From assembly GCA_010093705.1 (NCBI GenBank), contig MU006090.1:682001-746000 (forward strand): DNA of 64,000 nucleotides. The letters run 5' to 3'. This DNA comes from Patellaria atrata CBS 101060. Lineage: Eukaryota. Of this stretch, positions 1 to 12,030 are shown piece by piece (position 1 is the stretch's first letter; every line of letters starts with the position of its first letter). The notes beneath the pieces were generated by a model that was not told where the DNA came from, made no database searches, and saw only the letters and a program-made list of their open reading frames with translations. Both the position numbers and the translations under genes were made by a program.

Positions 1-600
1 GATGGCAATGAAACGGATGGAACTTCAATATCCTCCTACTATTCGAGATCACGGCTATATAAACCGGATTTTGTCGATAGTATCTTCGCTCTCAGCAAGG
101 TGACAAAGCTCAACTCTTTGAAGCTCATTCTTCCAGTCGACTTCGAGCCCGCTTTTGCCCACTACTCCTATCCGAGACTTGGGGGCAGGTCGTTCGTCAC
201 TACGATTAAAATCAAACGTTTCTTTGATCTGGTGGACGATGTCTTAAGATCAGCTGTACCAGACTGAAAGTTTGGGATAGTTATTCTTGATGAGGAAAAG
301 GAGATCAATCGGACCTGTCAAGTTCCAGATGTCCCGTGACTCGACATTGCCGGCTTTGTTGAAGAAAGCAGGAAGAAGGCCTGGGCTGTCAAAGTTGGGC
401 AGTTAGAGGATGGTGGCGGCTGGAGTATTATTAGAGACGTCACCAAAGCCCTCGACGACTGGGAGGAGTCGGAGGACCATCTTGTTCGCGAAGACGGGAA
501 GAATTTGAGTATCATTGATTATCCAAATTCCAGGAACTCCTTGTTCACAATTCGTTTCGAGGATACCGTAGATTCAAGGATTTGTTATTGGTTGAAATAG
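1..600 (+). pseudogene. 3' part of an unknown gene with two in-frame TGA stops
   Basis: Frame 1 reads as plausible protein from base 1 to TAG 598-600 (...LRSAVPD*KFGIVILDEE...VPDVP*LDIAGFVEES...), interrupted only by TGA at 265-267 and 337-339. Confidence 0.45.
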
Positions 601-938
601 GTTATATTGTTACCTTGTTTCAATCGCCTTCTTTGTTATGGTTAGTATTCTTGGCCCCTTATATTCCTTTTATATATTTAGAGGAAGGACCTTCAGTTAT
701 AACTATCATTCAGTCTCGGTTTTCTGTATGTTTCGTCATCTGTACAGTTATTAGACAATTGTGTGTTTCCGGCGGAGGGAGGCAGCACCTACGGTATAGA
801 AATCAATCACTTATCAATCATTACTTCAGTTTCTCATGTGGATGTGTTAACTTCATTTTTCCAGGATTTTATTCTACAGAATCGATACCATATCACAAAG
901 ATATAAATATCGTTAGTCTAACGGCAGTCGAAAAGGTT

Positions 939-1775
939 CTAAACAACAGCATTCCCCCTCTTCCGCTTCTCCTCCATCCACTTCATCCTCAACCTCTCAA
1001 GATTCTTATCATTCATCAACTCCTCCCGCTCATCCCTAGAAAGCGGGCGAGTCGACGAGCTATCCGTCCTCCGAAAACGAGGCGTCCCCTCCATACCGGT
1101 TCCACTCCACTTGAACTCCCCCCGATCACTCTCCCACAACTTCGCCACCTCCTTCTTCAACCGATCCATCTTCTTCGGACTCGGACTCGGCCCCCGGATC
1201 ACCTTTGCCTTCGCGCGCTTCATGAACCTAGCGTGTTCCTGTGCGGCGGGGGGCGTGTACTTGTTGCGGTCGTGCACATAGGAGTCTTGGATCGGGGAGG
1301 AGGGGCGCGGGTTCGCGTCGTTACCTGACCAGATCTGGTGGCTCGGGGAGGAATAAGGGGAGGAAGGGGTGCGGGGGCGTTTGGGTGTGGCGCCGCGCTT
1401 ACGGGTAGATGGTGGTGAGGGGGGACTGCTTGAACGGGGGAAGGATGAGGAAGTGGAGGTGCGGCGTGTCCAGAAGACCGGGGGGCTCGGACAGCTGAGA
1501 CTCGTGGAAGCTTTGTCTTCGTCGAGTTTGAGCGATGTGAAGGCTTGGAGGACTTTCTGTTGCGCATCTCTGTCTCTGAGGACGGACTCGGCTTCCTTGA
1601 TTCGGGCGAATTGAGCCGCGGCGTCAGGGGATTTGTTCTTGTCTGGATGGTAGAGAAGAGCGAGCTTCTTGTACGCGGTCTTGACGTCCACTATGGGAGA
1701 CCCAAAGGGGAGACCCAGTGTTTGGTAGTATGGAGTGAGAGCACTCGCGATATCTGCTCGGGTGTACTTTGCCAT
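939..1775 (-). CDS. DnaJ (J-domain) protein with S/P/R-rich C-terminal region
   Basis: N-terminus YYQTLGL...VKTAYKKLALLYHPDKN...FARIKEAESVL carries the J-domain HPD motif; intronless 278-aa ORF. Confidence 0.85.
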   Translation of the reverse strand: MAKYTRADIASALTPYYQTLGLPFGSPIVDVKTAYKKLALLYHPDKNKSPDAAAQFARIKEAESVLRDRDAQQKVLQAFTSLKLDEDKASTSLSCPSPPVFWTRRTSTSSSFPRSSSPPSPPSTRKRGATPKRPRTPSSPYSSPSHQIWSGNDANPRPSSPIQDSYVHDRNKYTPPAAQEHARFMKRAKAKVIRGPSPSPKKMDRLKKEVAKLWESDRGEFKWSGTGMEGTPRFRRTDSSSTRPLSRDEREELMNDKNLERLRMKWMEEKRKRGNAVV

Positions 1776-3380
1776 TTTTATGGTTGGAATTTGATCGTCC
1801 TGCGAGCAAATTATAGCTACAAATTTTCTTTAGGCGTGCTTTCGCGGTGAATAATGGATGTGATAAATATACGATAGGCTGACTTCAGAAAAGATGTAAA
1901 CGAGCTTTCTTCTTATAGACTCGAAGTACTCGTCTCACTGATATACAATGTCCATCTCGGACAAAGGGGCTCGAGGAACGAGTATGCAGTAGACACAACG
2001 TATTTGGCGAAAGCTGAAATTCTAAGTGTTGTTTAGGTGAGGACTTTTCTGGAATAAAAAGATTATCCTACCCACTACATCTAACGATGCGACACAATGT
2101 GGACAGACAAAGAAAGGTTGGACGACTCGAGAGCGGCCCCCTTGCCTTGCATTGTACTTCTACAGTTCATTCTGAACCAGTATTAATCGGCACAATGCAC
2201 GACAATGCACGGAGAATTACAGTTCGGCTTCAGTGGGGTGGAGAGCTGGATATCGATGTGACTCAGGGATACTTCTCCTCAATATACTCATATGATGTGT
2301 GTTGACTAGCTGTTCTTTGGTTACTGGAAGGATAAGAGAAATAGTGTATAGTGGCGTATGTCAATCAGTACTTAGAGTGAGAGAATACCTCCTAAGTAGG
2401 ACAAAAATGTGAAGGCTACTTTGAGAGTCCCTTACGAACTCCTCTACGGCAGCCTAATTGTGATATAAATTCAAGATATGAGTAGATAACGCTCACCGTA
2501 GCGGCCGAAGTCAGAATGCTACAAAATTTTGAGGGTCCGTTTTAAGCAACTACCTTTGCGTTTGCAACGTGGATCTTACCTATCTTGTTCGCGTTCGGGT
2601 CAGACCTGGGCGTATCACAATACACGACCTTGAAGATCGTTTCAAAGATCTTATCATTAAGTTCTAGAGTCATGTATCTTCTAGGTCCTCATGATAGATA
2701 CATTGTCCGTATCCAACAGAGGAAAGTGAAAGACATAGGTCTCACGGTCGGGCGAGGAATCGCAGTCACTACATGTTTCGAATGTGGAAGGTTAAATCGA
2801 GACTGCTCCCGATGTTTTCTCTATGCCAGCTGCGGGAGGTCTCATGGGATCGGATATGTCAAGCTATTCACAGCTGGTGATTACGCATCCCGCCCCATCC
2901 AGCGCTTATTCATTCACGATGTTGAACCAGATGTAGTTCCGGTAAAAGTGCAAACTCAACTAAAGGTTCACGGTATGCCTTGTAAGACTACGTTTGAAAT
3001 CCAAAAGGTGCCGGATACGTGTTGTGGACCGAAAGATTGAGAAGACACAACAAATTGGCGATGATGCAAAGTTGTTCTAGTCCAATAATTCACCAATGTA
3101 CTGCAAGTTCGGATGGTGCACCTAGCTCTTTGAAATATATTTTCCGCAATATTTACTTTTGGTTTCTCTAACCTAACTAGTGGAAGACGAATGTTTGTAG
3201 TTTGTACAACTTCGAATTTCCGGGAGCCAGATAACATTTGACACTGTTCACGCAGAACCGAATGTATCGATTGAGTATGAACTTCTGTCCTTTTCTAATG
3301 TTGTACATAATCTAGGGCCGCTGAAACAGCTCTTATGCTGCGGAACGCAGACACGCCAGAAAGCGGAATAGACAACACGT

Positions 3381-5248
3381 CTATTGGGTTGATAGTCCGT
3401 TTTGGAACGGTATCGCTCGGGAGAATACGTTCTTCATGAACCTTACCAACCACGCATTTTCCGGCCCTCGGAGAGGTTTGTCTTCGATTGGCAGTTGCGC
3501 TGAGTTAGAACTATCACCTCTACGCTTAAATTTCCCCTCGAGAAATTCTAATAATGACTCAGTGCCTTGAGACAAATGGGACCAAGATTGCTCGCAGCGC
3601 ATGATTTTCTCCGACAGGGCTAGCTCTCCGTTTTCGGATAACTGTAGGAGAATGTATTCTGACATCAGGTCGGCGATCAGCATGATACCATTAGATCTCT
3701 TGCAAATGTTTGATATCGTCGTTAGCGAGCTTTCGAGATGTTCTTCCTGGAGTTTAGCAAAGAGATTGTTGGCTGATAGTTTCTTAACCACGAAATTATG
3801 AATATCATCGTCCATATATTGCTCGAGCTGCAAGTGTGGGATATCCTGCGTATCATATTGCTCAAGAAGTTTGGTATTTGGTCGTGAAGTCAGTAAAACT
3901 TTCAGATGGAATTCCATTCTCCACTCATCCAGAAGATTGAGAATCCCCTTTCCCCTATCTTGGAGCCCGTCAACCCCATCAAGGAGTACTAGTATCTTGA
4001 TTGATCTGCTAGTCGCCTTTAATATATCTGCCATGGCGTTTGTGAGTTCTTTTCCAGACCACAGCGGCGCCTGGACATTGGGTCCAAATAACTTAGTAAG
4101 GGTCCATCGCTTTGGACACACACTCCCAATGAGGTCTGGCTTCTGCTGAAGAAGTTGGTGGAGTACCGTACGTATAATACAGGTCGCAGATGCTTCACCG
4201 GAAAACTTCGAATTTCTAGGACAGAAAACGGCAGCGAGTAGAAATGGGCCCGAGATGTGTCTCTGTAGGTTGCTTCGCCCTTCCTTGCTCTGGGATAGGT
4301 ACCTTATCAATGTTGTCTTTCCAGATCCTTGAGTGCCAATTAAGAGGTATGTCTGTTCTCCATCGGTCAATAGCCAATCAAGAATGCTTGAAGATCCATC
4401 TTCGTAGGTTGTAGAGTTGTTAAGAAGCCATTGGAAATAGCCTTCGCTTTCTAATCTAGTAATTGGTCGGGTATCCTCAGAAATTCCAGGATTCAAGCTG
4501 CTCACAACTGATTCGCAGCAAACATCACATTTGATGCAATATGAATCAGGAATGTTAAAATTCGCGCGATATAATGCAAGTATAAGATCGGAGAGCAGCA
4601 ACTCACGGTCGATACCAGACCGGCCAGCTGATCTAATGAAGTCTTGACCGGCGAATTTCCGCATGCCGTTTGCAAAGTCTCGAGATATGACTTCTAATGC
4701 TTCATCCCGGTAAGGTAAATTGCCATTTTGCGCTTGCTCTTGAGTTGCATCATGTTCTATCTGCTTAAAGCTATTCAAATATTAGGTTTGATTCAATCAA
4801 AGTTTGATGGAGGACAATACCATAGCCACTGTAATATGGCTCGATCTGCTCGCATCTTGAGCTTCCACAGTCTGTTCTCTGTTGCTCCTGGCTTTTCTTT
4901 ACCCCATACTGTTGCGGCTAAAAACAGAAAGGTCTTCTTTGCACAGTTCCATTCAGTTATATCCCGGGCTTGCAGGTCCTCCAGGCATTTTAGCAACTCA
5001 GAGGCGATCGTCTTGCATTCCTTTCTAAATGTCAACAAGGGAATTGCATTTAAAGGCAGGCCTGGATCCTTAATAGCTGGTTCTAATTTGGAAACAAGGA
5101 CGTTGAGGTCATTAAATACTTGGCTCAACTGGACGCGCTTTGATTCCACGCCTAATGGAGACTTATATGTTCTGGCGCGCTGATCTAAGAGTCTAATGGC
5201 GAAGTAAAGGAAATGGATAATAGCTATTGCTGTCGTCTGAGCTGCCAT
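3381..5248 (-). CDS. Fungal NLR-like STAND protein: HeLo/SesA-like N-terminal helical domain + NACHT NTPase, no C-terminal repeats (~605 aa)
   Basis: Exon 5248-4821 joins exon 4770-3381 across a 50-nt GT..CTAAT..AG intron in phase (TG|C). Walker A GTQGSGKT, Walker B ILVLLDGVD, VLLTSRP and RTVLHQLL are typical of fungal NACHT domains. Confidence 0.8.
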
Positions 5249-5743
5249 CGCAGAGTGACCAAAGTCACCCTACGGATGATCCGATGGCTGGAGTAGAAAA
5301 AGACAATTTAATATTTAATATTTATTTACGGAGTGCCGTCGAGACCCAAAACAGTTTATTCTATGTTGGACTGTGCATAACGCTATGACCGCCTCAACTA
5401 CCCCGGGCTGGCTAAGCCAACGCTAGAACTAATTTGGACTAAAGGATCTCCTCTTGTAAGATATCCTCACTCACAGAACAACTGCCAGCAACACCCCACA
5501 TATCTATATGCCTGATTGTCATTCAGGCATGCAGTTAGGGACCACCTTTCATTAGTGATATTACATTCAGTATTGATACTTTAGAAAGAGCCAGTAATGT
5601 ACATGTAATCTTCAAAAGCCTCGAACACGCGGAACGCTTATGTATGCTTGCTACTCGAAGGATTCATAATACCTTTACGATACGCAAATCATCGACCGTA
5701 GACGCCCATTATTCAGTATAATCCTGTACAATTTTTTTTTGGC

Positions 5744-6766
5744 CTAAACATGCAACTCTGCCATAAGAATTTCGGGAGCAAGAATGGCTGGATCGTAGCC
5801 GACGGACCTTGATGTCGCCCACTCGTGGAACGGTTCCCACTTGATGCATTGTCTCTGCGCAGAGGTTTTCAATTCAGGCATCTTGTCAGTTTCGGGATTG
5901 AAACCAAAAGTATACAGAGCGGTATTGGGTGTACACATTACGTTGTGGAGCACGACACCAAGACAATGCGCTATCATTCCGTTAATAGGCAACTCTAACT
6001 TTCCACGGACTGGAACTGGGCCAAGTAGAACGTACCTGCATGCGCCACTTCAACTCTTCTCCTGTGGGCTGTCCTGTTGGGGAAATAATGCTCCTCGTTC
6101 AAGTGCCAATATAGGCGCCGCTATAGGACGCAATTTGTTAACGAAGGATTGAGGAGATGCTTTTTGAGTTCTGGCTAAACCAAACGCTAACTTACCAAGC
6201 AGTGCAGTTCATGATAAACACCGAAGCTAGTGAAGTATCCCCCATCAACCAGTCGTACAGACGCGTCAGGATCATCGTTAGAGAGCTTGATCTCGTCTCG
6301 TGTAGCTTGGAAATATATGGCTACGAACCCATAAGTACGTATTCATGAACAACGACAGACTGAGAATCAACCTTATACTTACGGGATACAAGTTTGTTCC
6401 ATGCATCATCGACTTCCGGGGAAGGCTCCTCAGAATAAATGGAGTATGGGTTTGCAACCGCTTGTCGAGTTTCGAATTCGACAAAGTCCCGTGCTGGAGC
6501 TAAAAATCATTATGAGCATGTGCTGAATCAATTCTAGCTGTTCTACAGCGAGGCTTACTGTAAGGTGGTGATGCTTTCCAAGTCTTCAGACCCAGATACA
6601 CGACAGTTCCAGTCATGAGAAAAGAGTAGACGAGAAGAGATATGATCGCTTTACTGAACTGCCTCATTGGGAGCCGTCCCCGACTTGCTTTTTCTTCGAA
6701 AGGGGCATCCGATAAGCTATCATCGTCCTCAAGAAGTGGTAGACTCTGTTCGATATGCTTCCCCAT
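5744..6766 (-). CDS. DUF3328 / UstYa-like oxidase (fungal RiPP cross-linking enzyme family), 253 aa
   Basis: Five exons (6766-6559, 6499-6383, 6320-6196, 6120-6036, 5970-5744), all GT-AG introns in phase. The product has an N-terminal TM helix, PSPEVDDAWNKL, two HxxHC motifs (HELHC, HAAHC), VMCTPNTALYTF and RQCIKWEPFHEW. Confidence 0.92.
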
Positions 6767-8005
6767 TTTATTAGATCGGTGCTTGTTCAATTGACAAAAG
6801 AGGTGGGAATTTTCAAGAGTCCGTAAAGATATGAAGACTTCAAAGGGGACGCACAGATGTATATGAAGAGTACAGGGCCTACAGGCTTTAACCAAGATCG
6901 ACGATACGGTTAACGCTTCCAAAATGGAATAGCACTGACCGGAGTATAGATGGAATAAGCCGTCATCTTGGGGAACTTGATTTAGGAACTTTAGATTTGC
7001 ATTTTCCGTGTTCACTACTCCGTATATGGCGGGGCTTCAGCCGTTCGACTTACGACGCTGTTGCAACAAATGCTGCATCTTACCAACAACACTATTGATT
7101 CAGATAGGACCTACGGACTTCGGGGCATGAACCAATCTAATCTACGCGATCCCAAGGACTGCGGCGTCCGAAGTCTTGAAACTTGTCTCTTGAGGTGACA
7201 TTTTGGGAACTGAAGATTCCTTGGCTGTGGGCGTTTTATTTGGGGGGTTTGATTCGCGTAAATTTCCTGGGAATCGGCTGCCTGTCTGCCTTGTAGAGTA
7301 TTGCACCATCTCCCGCCGTCACAGCCGTTATATCAGTCCAGGAACCCATGAACCACGAGAAATTTATCTACTAGGGACAGCGAAGAAGAGCGAAGGAATA
7401 ATAGTGGTAAGTTCGTATGAGGCTTGCAGAATAACCAATTTAGTTCTTCCTTATGAAACAATAGTATTCATTAGCCACGTCAATAATTTGACCGAGACCT
7501 GATGGACCTTTCATATCGACCAGGTTAGGAACTTGTGGGACCGGGGAGATCTATCAGTTCACTCGAAAATAAGCAATGCCATCGAGGGCCACCTGCAGCC
7601 AAATGCATGCAACCGCGGTGGCCGTGCCTGCCATAGTTAAGGCCAAAACATCCTTTCAGGAAAATCATTATCGAAATGTTCGATCGCTGAGCGGATAACT
7701 TGGTATTGGCAGACCAACGTCCGACCCCTAATGTCCTGGCACGCCGTGACGCATGCTGGCACTCTTTTTGAGTTTCCCCATGGCCGAGAAGGTCATTTAT
7801 AGTCCGTTTCAGACAATCATTATAAGGTCTCCAATCTCTGCAGCTTTCTCCTCAAGTTATATCAGTCAGTCACATTCATTCAGTTCCGGAGTCGCAAAGT
7901 CTCTCTGCTTTCGCTTGCATTTCCATTCTAGCGAGTCCTCTTCTACATACACAATAAAACATCACAGCTTTCACCCCCCAAAGTGTTCGATCGCTGCTGT
8001 CAACT

Positions 8006-8311
8006 ATGCGGTTCGTGAAATTCTGTAGCATTGTTTACATGCTGGTAACTTATGTTGCTGCTGCACCAATTGAAGGTACAAATCACCTTTTCCTACTTTG
8101 ATCTATGTGGTCCAATTGACGGTTCCTAGGAACAACTATTGATCCGGATGGGTTATTACACTTGCCCAACAACGTCGAGTATGGAGAGCCTATCGATGCC
8201 CGGGTATACTTCAAGACTATTGAAGATGATCCAGATAGTCCGGACAACTCAGACGACTATCCTACACCTGGACACGGATCCTCTAAACCTGGGGACGGAC
8301 GTGGCGCATGA
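8006..8311 (+). CDS. Small secreted peptide (83 aa), candidate RiPP precursor
   Basis: ATG 8006, intron 8076-8129 (GTAC...TTGAC...TAG), TGA 8309-8311. Translation MRFVKFCSIVYMLVTYVAA/APIEGTTIDPDGLLHLPNNVEYGEPIDARVYFKTIEDDPDSPDNSDDYPTPGHGSSKPGDGRGA shows a signal peptide ending VAA-AP and an acidic body. Absent from the ORF track because of the intron. Confidence 0.75.
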
Positions 8312-9096
8312 CATTCAAGTGAAGATTCTTTGGTAGGACGCTGAAGGATCAATTTTGAGATTGGATAAAAAGAGTCTCCTATTGCTATACCCTAGGATTT
8401 GCGTTTTTTTATACGACGGGTAATTGTTCGGTCAAAAGTTTTGCTTGTTAGACTTGGGTTCTCAATGTAAAACGAATTTGCGTCACTTCTACTTCATACC
8501 CGATACTCCTAATCCCTTGATAGCTGCATAACATCCATATCCAATTGTGAAAAGTCCGTCGATGATTAAGACAAGCTTGATATTACGAAGACCGAACTTT
8601 GCAACTATCTATTTCTTACCTTGATCCTCGAAGGATTAACCAAAGAAGGTAACACGAGGCGCCACATTCTCCCAGAGTTGGTAAGGGTTATCCCGTTACA
8701 GGCTACCTTGGCGATCTGTGGGCTTGACATGCAGGGGCAGGAGTAATATTAGGAGAGTTTCAAGGTGTCTTTGTAATAGGCTTAAAACGAAGTCTTACGA
8801 AGGTCACCCCACGATCCCGTGCAGTCGAAATACTCCCTATTGGGCCTTATTCAGCTATCCAGCCCCCAACTTGTCATAAGGCCGCAGAAAGGCCGCAGGA
8901 AAATATAATATGGACCTTCTTGTCGGTTTTCTAAACGCCTTAGGATAACGAATCGGACTTCATATTACTGTCATTCGGCTTCATTATCCCACTTTAGTGT
9001 ACAATGGGGTCTGGAAACGGACAGGCACCGTTGACCGGCAATCACGAAAGCCATGCTTTTCCATGCTGAAGTACGAAGCTCTAACCTGATCGCCGT

Positions 9097-9880
9097 TCAG
9101 CTTCGGGGTCTCCTCTTACGTACCATGAAGAATAGACGGGTCTTCGGCCGATCTGCAAATTCTTCGGGAACGACCAATGTGCGGTGACGTTTCACCTCGA
9201 AGCCGGACTTCTCATACAACCATCTGCCAGCATCTGTAGACTCAACGGTACACTGCATGGACGTGACAGTCAGCACCGTGCTCGAACGTGGTAGAAGGGC
9301 AGCAGAGTTGATGAACTGACCAAGGCGCCCATACTGTCTGCTATCTTCATTCCGGATATCATCAACGCTGTGCCAGCACCACGAAATTGATGCTTTGGTT
9401 TAACTGCCATGACACTCAAGCCTAGAAAGCACGGTATGGTTAGTCTAAATACTCGTTTTCTAAAGGGAAGGTGGAAGTCTCACTGATTAGAGGTAAGTCG
9501 TTCTCTCGCCACGTTTTCCGTTCTTCTTCCTTACATGAACGATGCAGTGCTTGAGCATATCTCTTTTCGGTCTCATTCTCCCACGTCCCAGGAGGGCCGT
9601 CAAGGTCAGAATCTGGCGGTTTTGCATTCTCGCAGATGATCCACATAGCACCACCGATGATTTCGCCAGTTACTGTATCAGTGCATTTCTCCCACTTTAC
9701 AGCGGGACTGACTTTGATGAGATATTGACATCTCTGGATAGCGTTCTCCTCGCCCTCTTTAGTCATGTTACGGGGGAATATCGCGTTGATGTAATCATGT
9801 GTTCCACCGTAGGCACTGAAGACGATAGGAACTAACGTCTTTAGGTCTTCTTCTCCCGCGGGCTCAACAACGAGAGTCAT
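9097..9880 (-). CDS. GNAT-family N-acetyltransferase
   Basis: MTLVVEPAGEEDL...IIGGAMW, then after two introns LSVMAVKPKHQFRGAGTALM (acetyl-CoA-binding QxRGxG motif) and VESTDAGRWLYEKSGF; TGA at 9097-9099. Confidence 0.85.
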
Positions 9881-10682
9881 GTTGCTGTAGTAAGTGTATC
9901 CTTTGGACAGTATCAAGCTGAGTGAACGTCTAGGCATATTATAGATTCGTGCACGCAAATGCCGCGGTCGTACTTGTAAAGTGCATGTGCTTGTATTGTG
10001 ATGCGCAGGCCCCTGTTCAGGTCCATTCGGAGATTATCGGCGTCTATAATGACCTGCATAATTTCTAGTCACTATTGAAGCACCAGGAGGTATTTGGAAA
10101 ATGTTTAATGACTTCTTCAATAATGTTACCCACAGTAAAATTTGTAGGCAGACTAATGTGTGAGATATCACTTTGTGCAACTCTGCAACGAGAGTCTTGT
10201 CTAGCTGCCTTGTTGGTACAGGGGCTTTTTGTTGGTCCCCAGAGAGGAACCCCATCAACCCCCACAACCCCCAGTGAAACCCGATGAACTCAGCTGGTCC
10301 CAGCCCCAGGTACTGGTAAGCACCTGGAATAGGAATTTTAATTCCGTACGGCCCCTTTAGTATCCGCGAATCCTTGACTGGTAGCCGTACTCCGTACATG
10401 CAGAGAACTCTGCAATTGGAAGAAAGATTTGACCAATGTAGGTAAAATATGAGCTGAAGGTAAAACTGAAACATTCTTACGGGTACGTATGCACCATTTC
10501 CCTTTCTATGCTCGCTGATCACGAATACGCTTTCGTTTTTGCGGGCAATGTCCGTAATGTCGATGGAATTTTCGAGGACATCGTTTGCCCAGTCATTCTA
10601 TCAAGCAAGTACTGACCTATTTCTCAGTCGTCGGCCTCGATTTAGGTATCATATATGGCACTTCTATGATTGAAGAATGATA

Positions 10683-12030
10683 CTACACAACTGGACTCTC
10701 CCTATCCACGTGGGGAGCTTGAGTTATTGATCGATCAGCGCTGGATGTTGCAAGATTGGAAGGCGATTTCGACGAGTCCGTCTTGCTGCTCAGCGGATTG
10801 CTTTTTGTCCCCAGGGGAAATAAATTGGAGCTTGTGTGCGTTCCTCCCGTCGGTCCTACACTATTGTACCCTAATCCGCGGCGTACATTACTGCTGGACC
10901 ATCCAGGTTGGAGGTATTCCATTACCGGCTTCATGAACGGTAAACAAGTAATCAAGATGCTTGTGTTCATAACAACAGACGTTGTTATTGCAACATTTGC
11001 ATATTTGTAGGTGATATCCCATCGTGAAGTGTCACGATCGGGGCCTAGTCTAAACCCGTAGACTAGCTTAAATATCACGGGGATCAATATTCTAAAACTG
11101 TTTAGCAAGACTTCCTCTTTGGAATTCCTGTTTCAACTCACAGGGCTCTTGCGGCAAATACTAGGGTAAGTATATATTTTGTGTTGGATGTTTGCAAAAT
11201 CCAAACGATTGAGATCAAAAGGACAGCTAGCATAATATCAATTGAGACATTTACGACCTCAACAAATATCCAAAATGCATTCTGTCGAAAGGTCAATAAC
11301 CGATCAGGCACTGTCAGTCATGTGACACTTACTTGATTGAAGCATTTTCCATGTACTACTTCCCATGGATGAGGTAAATCGCATTGGAAAGCTATTCCGA
11401 AGATAGATATGCTGGACTTATCATTAATGAACAGTTTTCTTCAAGGAAACAATTACTCACATCGTCCATACAATCGTGATTCCAAAGATGATTTTCAAAA
11501 GCATCGATCTTGTCGGAGTTGGTTGAAGAATGAGTGCAAACAAGAAGGCTGCTGATTTTGTTGTGCACAAGACGGCGATATACAATATTTCAGCTACATA
11601 TTCGGTCTACATGATAGTTGGTTAACTTGAAACCTGAGGTACTTTGGACCAATTGGGTTCTCATTCGAACCTTTTCATATTTAGATATCGACGCTGGTTT
11701 TAGGGTATCTTGATGTTTACCCAAACCAGCTGACACTTGTTGAGAGACAGCAACAGTTTGGCCTGCTGCGAGGAGCTTTATCATACAGAATGCGATCAGC
11801 GATCTATCGGAAATTCGAGTGGGATTAATCCTTCTACTAACCAAAGCAAGTGTCAACAGGATATCATCCAGTTGAAGGTTGCCCGGATGTATCTTGCGTC
11901 GGGGGCGTGCGAACTTGGTTAAAACTTTGGAGACTACCCCCAAACCCGAGAGGATGAAGAAAATCCATATTATGATGTTGACAAGCGCGCTATGATGATC
12001 CGGACCGATTGTGTTTTCCGCAGAGGCCAT
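10683..12030 (-). CDS. PTH11-like (fungal rhodopsin-domain) integral membrane protein
   Basis: Multi-exon. N-terminal TM ...LQLDDILLTLAL, GLGKHQDTL, FQCDLPHPW and C-terminal TSILITCLPFMKP; no CFEM domain. Confidence 0.75.

Noticed and set aside
582..1328. 248-aa + strand ORF
   Set aside because: Antisense shadow of the J-domain gene plus UTR; no recognisable motifs.
2580..3240. Stop-interrupted coding-like sequence on the minus strand, and the + strand ORF 2585-3040
   Set aside because: Could not be assembled into a consistent gene model; possibly a relic, but too weak to call.
6767..7015. N-terminal extension of ORF 6500-7015
   Set aside because: Starts at a non-ATG codon and is likely 5' UTR/promoter; ATG 6766 gives a normal DUF3328 length.
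8139..8336. 65-aa ORF in the track overlapping the peptide gene
   Set aside because: Wrong frame and non-ATG start; the spliced frame from ATG 8006 gives a coherent signal-peptide protein.
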